Shown piece by piece: positions 28,046-37,564 of a DNA stretch of 62,165 nucleotides. Source of the DNA: a virus (Duplodnaviria; Caudoviricetes); the IMG/VR virus record IMGVR_UViG_3300002307_000058, positions 1 to 62,165 of that record. One strand, 5' to 3'. Both the position numbers and the translations under genes were made by a program. Positions within the stretch are counted from its first letter, which is position 1. Each line of letters starts with the position of its first letter. The notes beneath the pieces were generated by a model. It had not been told where the DNA came from. It searched no databases and saw only the letters and a program-made list of their open reading frames with translations.

Positions 28046-29083
28046 GTGCGCTACTACCGCCTTGAGATCTTCTCCGCGACCGGAGCCGTCACGACCGCGA
28101 CAGTCGGAACGGACGCCGCCGGAAACGTCTTCACGACGCCGACTTCTGCGTCTTCGACCTCAACCGCTCCGGAACTGGTCTTCACCTCCTACCCTAACGG
28201 ACAAGTGGACCTGAACGCGGCGGACATCGAGTTCGACATCACAGTCGGCCTCGCGTCCGTTCCGGTCGGCGTGGCCATGATCAAGGTCAAGGGCGTCTCC
28301 CTCCAGCAGGTGGCGCAGGCGTCCGACTTCAACAACAAGACGGTCAAGTTCTTCGCGGGCATGTCGGCGGGCCTGCCGCTCGCCAATCCGAACCAAGCCG
28401 GGCTGATCCTTGAGGGCAAGATCATCTCGGCTTTCGGAAACTGGATCGGCAACGAGCAGTGGATTGAGTTCTACGTCGTGGCCGTTGAGGTCCCGGACAG
28501 CACCAACGTCAACATCACGCTGAACTGGAAGAAGGGGCAGTCGCTGAAGGAGGCGCTGACCAAGACCCTCGGCGTGGCCTTTCCCAACTACACGCCCCAG
28601 ATCAACATCAGCAGCAAGGTCGTTCTGGCACAGGACGAGCCGGGCTTCTTTCGGTCTGTCTCGACCTTCGCCTACTATCTTCAGACCATGTCCAAGGCAG
28701 TCATCGACAACAAGGACTATCAGGGTATCGACATCCTGTTCACCGAGAAGACGGTGATCGTCAACGACGCCACGGTCAAGAGCACACCAAAGGACATCGA
28801 CTTCCGAGACCTGATCGGCCAGCCGACGTGGCTCTCTCCGGGAGAGATTCAGGTGACCACGGTGCTGCGCGCCGACATCCACCCCTACACGTTCTTCACG
28901 CTCCCGCGCACTCAGATCACCTACAGCCCGTCGAACGTTCAGGTTCCGGCGGACAAGTCTGTCTTTCAGGGGACGTTTGTCGTCAAGCAGGTGCGCCATC
29001 TCGGCAGCTTCAGGCAGGCGGACGGCATGTCGTGGATCACCACCATTGACGCCGCACCAGACAACTATGTGGAGCCGAGCTAA
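28046..29083 (+). CDS. Baseplate hub protein
   Basis: DLIGQPTW and G.F.V..VRHLG motifs. Confidence 0.75.
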   Translation: MRYYRLEIFSATGAVTTATVGTDAAGNVFTTPTSASSTSTAPELVFTSYPNGQVDLNAADIEFDITVGLASVPVGVAMIKVKGVSLQQVAQASDFNNKTVKFFAGMSAGLPLANPNQAGLILEGKIISAFGNWIGNEQWIEFYVVAVEVPDSTNVNITLNWKKGQSLKEALTKTLGVAFPNYTPQINISSKVVLAQDEPGFFRSVSTFAYYLQTMSKAVIDNKDYQGIDILFTEKTVIVNDATVKSTPKDIDFRDLIGQPTWLSPGEIQVTTVLRADIHPYTFFTLPRTQITYSPSNVQVPADKSVFQGTFVVKQVRHLGSFRQADGMSWITTIDAAPDNYVEPS

Positions 29084-29085
29084 CC

Positions 29086-29739
29086 ATGGCCGACTACACA
29101 AAGAAGCCGATAGGCCGCAGCCTCAACAAGGTCGCTGAGAACGCCGCTCGCGAGGCAATCAGCCTTACGGGCCGCGCTCTGCCCTGCACCATCGCCAAGG
29201 TCGTCAGTTCCGGGATCGTCACGGTCAACTTCGAGGTCAACGCCGCGCCGTTCACCTTGCCGCAGGTCACGGTCCCCATCGTCGGATCCGAGTATGTGCG
29301 CCTGCCCCTGCGGGTCGGCGACAAGGGCATGGTCATCTCGGCGGACGTCCGCCTCGGCGGGATCACCGGCCTTGGCGCTGGCGTCCCCGACCTCACGCGC
29401 CCGGCCAATCTGGCGGCGCTGGCGTTTGTCTATCTCGGCAGCACAGAGTGGACGACGCCGGACGACGCCAACGCGGTCGTGGTTTACGGACCCAATGGCG
29501 TGGTCCTGCGCGATACAGCCTCGACGCACAAGCTCACGGTCAACTCGACGCACGTCGATGTCGATGGTAATCTGATCGTCAACGGCAACAAGTTCGCGGC
29601 CTTCGGCGGATCTCCGGCCACCAAGCAGACTATCACCGGGGCGCTCTCGGCGGTTACGGATGGAAACGCCAAGGCCGTTCTGACCTCAATCATCGCCATG
29701 CTGACTGCCAACTCTCTTGCCAGCAACGGGACAACCTGA
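29086..29739 (+). CDS. Baseplate spike protein
   Basis: LP...VP....Y.RLP..VGDKG OB-fold motif. Confidence 0.75.
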   Translation: MADYTKKPIGRSLNKVAENAAREAISLTGRALPCTIAKVVSSGIVTVNFEVNAAPFTLPQVTVPIVGSEYVRLPLRVGDKGMVISADVRLGGITGLGAGVPDLTRPANLAALAFVYLGSTEWTTPDDANAVVVYGPNGVVLRDTASTHKLTVNSTHVDVDGNLIVNGNKFAAFGGSPATKQTITGALSAVTDGNAKAVLTSIIAMLTANSLASNGTT

Positions 29740-30089
29740 TGCGGACCTACGGGCGGATCACCAACGCGGACGGAAGCAAGTCGTGGGTCGAGGTCACAAC
29801 CGACGCCTCCGGCAACAACGACTTCGTCTGGTTGGTGACGCTGATCCAGTGCCTTCTGCTGAACCGGGGCGAGAGCCCATTCTATGCCGATCACGGCATC
29901 CCCTCGCAGCAGGCGGTCATTCAGCAGATTTTCCCCGATTTTTATGTTACACTCACCCAACAGCAGTTCGCGCCGTATTTCGCCTCGTTGTCCGTGACCA
30001 AGATCTCCGGGACGTCTCCGGCCTACCGGATCTCGCTCACGACGCAGCAGGGCGTCAGCGCAACAGAATATGTGCCGGTCCCGCAATGA
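29739..30089 (+). CDS. Baseplate wedge subunit (gp25-like)
   Basis: GESPFYADHGIP motif. Confidence 0.7.
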   Translation: MRTYGRITNADGSKSWVEVTTDASGNNDFVWLVTLIQCLLLNRGESPFYADHGIPSQQAVIQQIFPDFYVTLTQQQFAPYFASLSVTKISGTSPAYRISLTTQQGVSATEYVPVPQ

Positions 30090-31501
30090 GCATCCCCGTC
30101 GTTCTGACCTCTGCCGGAAGAACCAACCAGACGCCAGCGGCTCTGCGCGCCCAACTGGTGGCGCTGGTGGCTGCGACCAACCCCGGTTACACGTCTGAAC
30201 TCCCCGGTTCGCTGATCGAGGACGTTGCCAGCACCGACACCGGGTCGCTGGTCCTGATCGACCAGTTCGTGACAGAACTGATCAATAGCCTGACGCCCTA
30301 TGGCGCGAACGCCTTCATTCTGGCGGAGCTTGGCGCGATCTACGGCGTCCAGATCGGGGCCAACGTCAACACGTCGGTCTATGTCACCTTCACAGGAACT
30401 GTCGGCTTCGTCATCTCCCCCGGCTTCACGGTTTCGGACGGAACCTACCAGTATATCGTGCAGGACGGGGGGATCATCGGCTCTGGCGGCACGTCGTCCC
30501 CGCTCTATGCCGTGGCCACCACCGCCGGAACATGGGCCGTGCCTGTTGGGACCGTGACGCAACTGGTGACTTCGGTTCCGGGGGCGATCACACTCTCCGT
30601 GACGAACCTGTCGACCGGAACGCCGTCGTCCGGGGCCGAGACAGAAGAGAGCTACCGCGCCCGCGTGCTTCAGGCCGGACTGGCCGCATCCACGGGCATG
30701 GCGACTTATCTCAAGACCCTCCTGTCCAACGTCTCCGGGGTGCAGCCACGCCTCGTGGCAGTGCAACAGCAGAGCACGGGCGGGTGGGAAGTGATCGTCG
30801 GCGGCGGCGACCCCTACGAGGTGGCTAACGCCATATGGCGGGCGATCTTCGACATCTCCACGCTGGTCGGCTCCTCCATGAACGTCACCGGCATCACGAA
30901 GGCCAATCCGGGCGTTGTGACCACGGACAAGAACCACAACTACACCACCGGCCAGACGATCCAGATGAACGGCGTCGTGGGCATGACGACAGTCAACGGG
31001 GTGAACTACACCGCGACCGTGATCTCCCCGACCACATTCTCCATCGGCGTCAACACCTCCGGCTACACGACCTATGTCTCGGGCGGTGTCGTCACGCCCA
31101 ACGCCCGCAACATCACCGTGAACATCAAGGACTCGCCGGACACCTACACCATCCCCTTCGTGAACCCGCCCCAGCAGACGGTCTCCATGGTAGTGACGTG
31201 GAACACGATAGCGACGAACGTCGTCTCGCCTGCCGCCGTCTCGCAATTGGCGATCCCGGCGCTGGTGGACTACGTGAACTCCGTCTATGTGGGCCAGCCG
31301 ATCAACCTGTTTGAGCTTCAGGCGACGTTCCAGCAGGCCGTGGCCCACATCATCCCGACCGCGCTCCTGACCCGGATGGTCTTCACCGTCTCGATCAACG
31401 GCATCGTCACCGCACCGCTGGCAGGCACCGGGGAGATCATCGGAGACCCGGAGAGCTTCTTCGAGACCAACACATCTCTGATCACGGTGTCTCAGGGATG
31501 A
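30086..31501 (+). CDS. Baseplate J-like protein
   Basis: G...ETEESYRARV and EVIVGGGD motifs. Confidence 0.85.
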   Translation: MSIPVVLTSAGRTNQTPAALRAQLVALVAATNPGYTSELPGSLIEDVASTDTGSLVLIDQFVTELINSLTPYGANAFILAELGAIYGVQIGANVNTSVYVTFTGTVGFVISPGFTVSDGTYQYIVQDGGIIGSGGTSSPLYAVATTAGTWAVPVGTVTQLVTSVPGAITLSVTNLSTGTPSSGAETEESYRARVLQAGLAASTGMATYLKTLLSNVSGVQPRLVAVQQQSTGGWEVIVGGGDPYEVANAIWRAIFDISTLVGSSMNVTGITKANPGVVTTDKNHNYTTGQTIQMNGVVGMTTVNGVNYTATVISPTTFSIGVNTSGYTTYVSGGVVTPNARNITVNIKDSPDTYTIPFVNPPQQTVSMVVTWNTIATNVVSPAAVSQLAIPALVDYVNSVYVGQPINLFELQATFQQAVAHIIPTALLTRMVFTVSINGIVTAPLAGTGEIIGDPESFFETNTSLITVSQG

Positions 31502-32244
31502 CCGATAACACCATCAGATGGGACGGGACCAACGGCCTCTACATCACGTGGGCGGGCAGCAACACGCGCCCCATCACGTGGGCCGGAAAGATCACGGACG
31601 TTCCGCCTTTCCCCCCTGCCAAGAACCCGGTCATTGGCAAGGCGATCCTGTCATATCTCTATGTCCAGTATAACGATGACGACAACCTTCAAGCCTTCGC
31701 CGACGCCTACAACGAACTGGCGCAGCAGTATGTCGACTTCCTGACCTCGCTGAACCTGCCGGTCTACACAAACCCGAACGTTTCCGGGACGCTTCTGGAC
31801 TGGGTGGCAGAAGGGCTCTATGGCGTCGAGCGCCCCAGCCTGCCCTCGGACCTGACGACCCAGATCGCGGCCATCAACACGTTCGAGATCAACAAACTGA
31901 AGTTTCCGATCAACGCCCTGATCCCAGCCAAGGCTCCGACCTACTATCTGACCACGGACGACGTGTTCCGGCGCATCATCACGTGGAATTTCAGCAAGAC
32001 GGACGGGCGCTATTTCTGCATCAAGTGGCTGAAGCGGCGGGTCATGCAGTTCCTCTATGGCACGGACGGCGTCAACCTGCTGATCGACAACACCTATCCG
32101 GTTTCTGTCACGTTCGGATCGCACCCCGTCGTGAACATCACAGTTCCCTCCACGCTCCAGTCGCCTATACTGAAGGCCGCGATTGAGAGTCGTGCTCTGG
32201 AGCTTCCCTTCCAATATCAATATCATGTGCAGGTGACTCCATGA
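31498..32244 (+). CDS. Baseplate wedge protein (DUF2612-like)
   Basis: G.LLDWV...YGV.R and TDDVFRRI motifs. Confidence 0.75.
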   Translation: MTDNTIRWDGTNGLYITWAGSNTRPITWAGKITDVPPFPPAKNPVIGKAILSYLYVQYNDDDNLQAFADAYNELAQQYVDFLTSLNLPVYTNPNVSGTLLDWVAEGLYGVERPSLPSDLTTQIAAINTFEINKLKFPINALIPAKAPTYYLTTDDVFRRIITWNFSKTDGRYFCIKWLKRRVMQFLYGTDGVNLLIDNTYPVSVTFGSHPVVNITVPSTLQSPILKAAIESRALELPFQYQYHVQVTP

Positions 32245-33041
32245 GCACGATCAAGTTCGCCGACAATGCCTCTTCGACGCTCAGTGCGTCGATCACCAAC
32301 GCAGCGACGACCGCCGTGCTGGCCTCCGGGACCGGGGCGCTTTTCCCGACGCTGGGGGCGGGCGAGGTCTTCAAGGCCACGTTCACAGACGCCGCAACCC
32401 AGCTTCTGCGGGAGATTGTCACCATCACCGCCATTGCGGGCGACACGGTGACGATGGTCCGGGGTCAGGAGGGAACGACCGCACTGGCGTGGACCACAGG
32501 CGACTACTTCGTCAACCAAGTGACCGCCGGGACGCTGGACACCTTTCTTCAGGCCGGGTCCACCGTGGTCAACACCTTCAACACCCGCAGCGGCGCGGTG
32601 ACACTGACCAGTTCGGATGTGACCACGGCGCTCTCCGCCAATGCTCTGGCCAACAGCAAGCTGGCGCAAATGCCAGCCTACACCGTCAAAGGCAACAACG
32701 CCGGCTCCACCGCCAATGCGGCGGACCTCTCAGTCACGCAATTGCAGACGCTCCTCAGCGTCACCTCGACGCTTGGCTCTCCGCTGGTCTTCAACGTGGC
32801 CGGGGCCATTGTTCAGGTCGCGAACGCCACGACCTCGGGCGGTGGCAGCATCGCCCTGACGTTCCCCGTCACCTTTCCGACAGCCTGCATCGGGTTTGTG
32901 GCGACAGCGAACACCACCACCAACGGCTTCCTGATTACGAGAGGAACGCTTGGCGCGGCGGGGCTCACCGCCTACAGTTGGTTTGCAAACACCAGCGCCG
33001 CGTCCAGCGTTCCCTTCTCCTACGTCGCGATTGGATACTGA
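32241..33041 (+). CDS. Tail fibre protein
   Basis: EIV.I......T..RGQEGT.A N-terminus; TFPVTFPTAC...YVAIGY C-terminus. Confidence 0.8.
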   Translation: MSTIKFADNASSTLSASITNAATTAVLASGTGALFPTLGAGEVFKATFTDAATQLLREIVTITAIAGDTVTMVRGQEGTTALAWTTGDYFVNQVTAGTLDTFLQAGSTVVNTFNTRSGAVTLTSSDVTTALSANALANSKLAQMPAYTVKGNNAGSTANAADLSVTQLQTLLSVTSTLGSPLVFNVAGAIVQVANATTSGGGSIALTFPVTFPTACIGFVATANTTTNGFLITRGTLGAAGLTAYSWFANTSAASSVPFSYVAIGY

Positions 33042-33044
33042 CCC

Positions 33045-33284
33045 ATGGCAAGATACTACTCCCCATCGACCAAGGGCTTCTACGACACAAAGATCAACGG
33101 CGAGCTTCGCGTCCCCTCGGACGAGGACCCGCGTGTGCTGGTCGTCAACCCCGAGTGCTCGATCCCGACCGACGCTCTGGCCATCACCGACGAGGCGTGG
33201 CTTGCTCTCATGATCGGCCAGTCCGAGGGTCACGCGATCCTGCACGACGGCGTCGGTCTCCCAACAAGTGAAGGACAAGTCTGA
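33045..33284 (+). CDS. Tail fibre assembly chaperone (short)
   Basis: YYSPSTKGFY...IP.DA..IT motif. Confidence 0.7.
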   Translation: MARYYSPSTKGFYDTKINGELRVPSDEDPRVLVVNPECSIPTDALAITDEAWLALMIGQSEGHAILHDGVGLPTSEGQV

Positions 33285-33649
33285 TGGTTGGATATCCCAA
33301 CGACCAAGGCAACCCGGCGGGGGCCATTCCGGTTCGCGTCACCAATGGAAGTGGCGGCGGTGGCGGACCCCCGGCGAGCGCGACGCCCAAAGGCTTCCAG
33401 CAGATTGCCGCAGCGACACTGGCCACGGCCACGACCCTGACCGTTCCGGCGGGCGCGACCTCGGCAGTGGTGCAGGCCGAGACGGGGGACGTCCGCTGGC
33501 GCGACGACGCCGTGGCCCCGACCGGGACCGTGGGAGTCATCCTCTACGGCGGGGGCCAGTCGATGTATCTCAGCGGCTCAATGACCGCCATTCAGTTCAT
33601 CGCCTCGTCCGGGGCTGCTCCAATCCTCAACGTGAGCTATTACGCATGA
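33284..33649 (+). CDS. Small virion-type beta protein
   Basis: VRWRDD...PT...G motif. Confidence 0.65.
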   Translation: MVGYPNDQGNPAGAIPVRVTNGSGGGGGPPASATPKGFQQIAAATLATATTLTVPAGATSAVVQAETGDVRWRDDAVAPTGTVGVILYGGGQSMYLSGSMTAIQFIASSGAAPILNVSYYA

Positions 33650-34029
33650 AAAAGTCAGAAATTTTTCTCATCGGGCTGGTCTGCGTGGTCGGCCTCGCGG
33701 GCGCAGCCAAGGCGGCGAGCCTCGTCACCATTGCGAGCACACCGTCCTCGGACGGTTCGGCAAGCATCACGTTCAGCGGGTCCGCCGTCCAGTTGTTCGG
33801 CGGCGCTGTCCCTCTGACCGGATACAAGGTGGCCCTGACCTCAGCGACACAATCCTCCACGCCCTGCTGGGTGAGCGATTCCACGTCGACGCCGTCCGCC
33901 ACGACGACCGGCTCTTATCCGGTCTTCTTTCAGGGACAATACTCGACCGAGGTCGGAGAAAAGCCCATCGGTCCAGTCTACATCTGGTGTCCTGCCGGGA
34001 CCGTCATTGTCTCCGCGAAGAAGTGGTGA
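33646..34029 (+). CDS. Small beta protein with Sec-type signal peptide
   Basis: MKK + hydrophobic core + AKA site. Confidence 0.6.
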   Translation: MKKSEIFLIGLVCVVGLAGAAKAASLVTIASTPSSDGSASITFSGSAVQLFGGAVPLTGYKVALTSATQSSTPCWVSDSTSTPSATTTGSYPVFFQGQYSTEVGEKPIGPVYIWCPAGTVIVSAKKW

Positions 34030-34034
34030 GCGCC

Positions 34035-35783
34035 ATGTTTCGTAAATTCATCGCGGCGCTGGCCGCTTGCCTGATCGCAGCGCCTGCTTTTGCGGGGGCG
34101 GTAAATCCACCGACCATAGTTCCAACGCTCCGCAACGCGATTCAAAGCCTTGCGGCCAACGCGGCTGCTGGAAACCTTCTGACCAATCCCATCAGCGCAT
34201 CGGCTGCAACCATCACGTCCCCCGGATCTGCCGCATCGACGACCGGCCTTACTGACTTGCTTCCGGGGACCAATGGTTTTGGCGGGACGATCACCGGAAC
34301 GACAGTGGCAGGAAGTAGCGTTGTCACATCGACGTCGGCAGTATCTGGCGGGGCCACATCAACTTGGCAGGTCGGAGGCTATCTGGCCGAAACGGGGACA
34401 AATGATGCTTATCCAACACACGTGACGCCGGGCTCACAGATCGTTTCCGTAAACGCTGGCGCGAACACTCTTACTATGTCGAAGCCAGCTTTGCTGTCAG
34501 GATCGGCGGTGCCGATTGGATATTTCCCCGCGAGCATCAAGATTGTCGGGGGTTATGCGGGGAATTATGGTTCGACGTTTTCGCCTGCATCGGGAACGCG
34601 CACCAGCGCCTCCCCTGCCCAGTCATACGTTCCGTTCGCTTTAGAATTTATGACTGACGCGGCGAATTTCTCGACCGCTACGCCTGCAATTGTCATGACG
34701 ATTGTCGGAAATCAGACCCCATTGGCGTATCGGGTTGCCGTCGACGACGTATATCAGACGGCCAATTATGTTTTGATCAACACTGGATCAAACCAGATCA
34801 CAATTCAGTTCGCTACGGCTGGTGTTCACAAGGTCAGGATTGAGCAAACCGCAGGCGTTCGCGTATCCCATCTCTATTTGACGACCAATGCCAAGATTTG
34901 GCAACCGCCAAAAAATGGATATTCGGTCAATGCCGCTATGTTTGCCGATAGCTTCTTTAATTCTGGATATACAGGCTCGTGGGGGATGCATAACATCGCA
35001 AACCAAGTCTGCATTCTTTTAGGCTGGAATTGTTTTGCCCCAGCAGTGAACGGCACGGGCTATATTGCCACGGGCGGAACAAGTTATGCTTGGACGGATG
35101 CGCGCCGCATTGCCGACATAACGCGGATTCCACCTGACGTTATAGTGCTGTTTGGGAGCGTTAACGACAGTGGTCAGACTTCTAACGCGGAACAAACTGC
35201 CGCCGCGTCGGTTTACAGTCAGATTCGAGCGATTTATCCAACCATCCCAATCTTTGTTTTTGGCGTGCCAAATACCAAAACCGTCAGCACGTCGGCGGCG
35301 ACTTTGGAGACCGGGATTGCGGCGGCTGTAGCGGCAAGCCAGGCAGCGGGCGACAACAATATTTGGTTTTTCCCGATTACCAACGACCCGGCTGGCGCTT
35401 GGATTACAAAAGATGTCACCACGGATTTTGCTGGCGGTGGATACACAAGCTATTGTGCAGCCAGCTCTGCGACAATTTCCGGCGCCACCCTGACCATTAA
35501 CACCATGACTACAGGGACCGTGTTGCCCTATTCGACTGTAACCCTAACAGGGGGCGCGACCGGAGTAGTGCAGCCCTACGGCACATCGTCTACGACGGGA
35601 ACAGGCCAAACCGGCACTTATGCGCTCACGGGAAATTCGGGTTCAGGCACGGCGGTTGCGACCACGGCGTGTGGAGACAGCACGCATCCGGCTGACAATT
35701 TCGGCAACGCAAACGGACCCGAGTATTACGCCAAGAGAATGAAGGCGTTGATTCTCAGTGTCGTGAGCAGCCTAGACCAGTGA
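34035..35783 (+). CDS. SGNH/GDSL esterase-domain protein with signal peptide
   Basis: FADS, NGTGY, GSVND, DSTHP blocks; MFRKFIAALAACLIAAPAFA leader; lower GC. Confidence 0.75.
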   Translation: MFRKFIAALAACLIAAPAFAGAVNPPTIVPTLRNAIQSLAANAAAGNLLTNPISASAATITSPGSAASTTGLTDLLPGTNGFGGTITGTTVAGSSVVTSTSAVSGGATSTWQVGGYLAETGTNDAYPTHVTPGSQIVSVNAGANTLTMSKPALLSGSAVPIGYFPASIKIVGGYAGNYGSTFSPASGTRTSASPAQSYVPFALEFMTDAANFSTATPAIVMTIVGNQTPLAYRVAVDDVYQTANYVLINTGSNQITIQFATAGVHKVRIEQTAGVRVSHLYLTTNAKIWQPPKNGYSVNAAMFADSFFNSGYTGSWGMHNIANQVCILLGWNCFAPAVNGTGYIATGGTSYAWTDARRIADITRIPPDVIVLFGSVNDSGQTSNAEQTAAASVYSQIRAIYPTIPIFVFGVPNTKTVSTSAATLETGIAAAVAASQAAGDNNIWFFPITNDPAGAWITKDVTTDFAGGGYTSYCAASSATISGATLTINTMTTGTVLPYSTVTLTGGATGVVQPYGTSSTTGTGQTGTYALTGNSGSGTAVATTACGDSTHPADNFGNANGPEYYAKRMKALILSVVSSLDQ

Positions 35784-35790
35784 CCCTGAA

Positions 35791-35821
35791 CGCCCCGGCC
35801 TAACCCGCCGGGGCGACCTTT
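35791..35821 (+). terminator. Intrinsic terminator-like hairpin
   Basis: CGCCCCGGC-N7-GCCGGGGCG then CCTTT. Confidence 0.5.
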
Positions 35822-35842
35822 CCAAACATCGAAAGATACCCC

Positions 35843-37564
35843 ATGACCAGCGTTCCCTACACTTTCGCAGACCAAGGCGGAACGACGGTTCCGGCGGCGG
35901 AACTCGACTATAACTTCACGACGCTGGCCATCAACTCGGCAGATACGAACCTGTCGAACGTGTCCGCCGCGACGGGCTACAAGAACCTCGTCACCGCTCT
36001 GGGCGGTGGCTCCGCCCTTACTGGCACCGAGTCTGTGGGCATCATTCAGGGCGGCGTGGCCGTTCAGGTGCAGGCCTCCTATCTCGCGACCGCCGCCCTG
36101 TTCAACGGGACGCTTCCGGTCTCCAAGGGCGGCACCGGGGCCACCACCCTGACCGGCTACGTGTCGGGCAGCGGGACCGGCGCTCTGACGGCTTCGGCAA
36201 CCATCCCGACGTCGGCGCTCACAGGCACGTTCCCGGCGGGCTCGATCTCCGGGACACTGGCCGTGGCCAATGGCGGGACGGGCGTCGCAACCTCGACCGG
36301 CACTGGCGCGGCGGTGCTGAACAATGCCCCGGCCCTGACGTCGCCCTCGATCTCGTCGGGCGCATCTTTCAACGGCTCATCGTCCGGAGCCGTCGTCGTC
36401 CGCTCCGCCGCCACCACGGCGAATTACAACCTCACCCTCCCCGCCAGCGCGGGAACCAACGGTTATGTCCTCGCCACGGACGGGTCAGGGACCACGTCTT
36501 GGATTGCCAACACGGGCGCGGGCGGCACCGTCACCAGCGTCAACATCGCCGTTGGTGCAACCGGCCTGACAGCCACGGGCGGACCCATCACCGGGTCCGG
36601 ATCCATCACGCTGGGCGGGGTGCTGGTCCCGACGAACGGCGGCACCGGGGCCGCGACCTTGACCGGCTATGTCTACGGCAATGGCACGTCAACGATGACG
36701 GCCAGCACGACGATCCCGACCTCGGCCTTGTCCGGGACGTTTCCCGCCGGTTCGATCTCCGGCACGCTGGGCGTCGCAAACGGCGGCACCGGCCTGACGA
36801 CCCTGACCGGCGTCGCCTACGGCAACGGGTCCTCGGCCATGTCGGCGGCGACCGCAGCCCAGATCGTCGCGGTCATTGGCTCAACGCCTGTCGCCAACGC
36901 CACGCTTGCAACGTCAGCCAACGGCCTCACCGGCACCTTCCCCGCCGGGTCTCTTTCCGGCACGGTGAGCGTCGCCAACGGCGGCACGGGCGCTACGACC
37001 CTGACCGGATTGGTCTATGGCAACGGGACCTCTGCCATGTCGGCGGCGACCGCCGCGCAGGTCGTCGCTGTCATTGGCTCCACGGCAGTCACGAGCGCGA
37101 CGACAGCCAGCGCCCTGAACACCGGCAACAACTATCAGGTCAACAGCATTGGTGTCGGCGGCTCGGCCCCCGGCACAGCCGGGCAGGGAGAATTCTACGG
37201 AGACGCCTTCTTTGCGTCGTCCTACAACCCGACCAGCACGCTCTCCATCGGCTTCCGGGGTCTGCCCCAGAATAGCCAGTCGATAGCCTATCCTTGCGTG
37301 CTGTCCGACGCGGGCAAGCACATCCGCCTGACCGGCACCGGCGGCGCAAGCGTCCCCGGCAACGGCACGGTGGCCTATCCCATCGGAACGACGCTGACCT
37401 TCGTCAACACCAACGCTCTGGCCGTTCCGATCACCGTCACTGACACCACGACGTTGGCGAATACCGCACTGACCGGAAGCCGGACGCTGGCCAGCTACGG
37501 CTTGGCGACGGCGCTCAAGATCGGCACGACGGAATGGATCATCTCCGGTGCGGGGCTGACCTGA
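35843..37564 (+). CDS. Tail fibre-like protein with G.L.V.NGGTG repeats
   Basis: Five GTL.V.(N/K)GGTG-type units. Confidence 0.75.
   Translation: MTSVPYTFADQGGTTVPAAELDYNFTTLAINSADTNLSNVSAATGYKNLVTALGGGSALTGTESVGIIQGGVAVQVQASYLATAALFNGTLPVSKGGTGATTLTGYVSGSGTGALTASATIPTSALTGTFPAGSISGTLAVANGGTGVATSTGTGAAVLNNAPALTSPSISSGASFNGSSSGAVVVRSAATTANYNLTLPASAGTNGYVLATDGSGTTSWIANTGAGGTVTSVNIAVGATGLTATGGPITGSGSITLGGVLVPTNGGTGAATLTGYVYGNGTSTMTASTTIPTSALSGTFPAGSISGTLGVANGGTGLTTLTGVAYGNGSSAMSAATAAQIVAVIGSTPVANATLATSANGLTGTFPAGSLSGTVSVANGGTGATTLTGLVYGNGTSAMSAATAAQVVAVIGSTAVTSATTASALNTGNNYQVNSIGVGGSAPGTAGQGEFYGDAFFASSYNPTSTLSIGFRGLPQNSQSIAYPCVLSDAGKHIRLTGTGGASVPGNGTVAYPIGTTLTFVNTNALAVPITVTDTTTLANTALTGSRTLASYGLATALKIGTTEWIISGAGLT

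Noticed and set aside
36100-37090. Repeats in the fibre gene as DGR template/variable repeats or CRISPR
   Set aside because: In-frame protein repeats with synonymous variation; no reverse transcriptase, cas genes or spacer pattern
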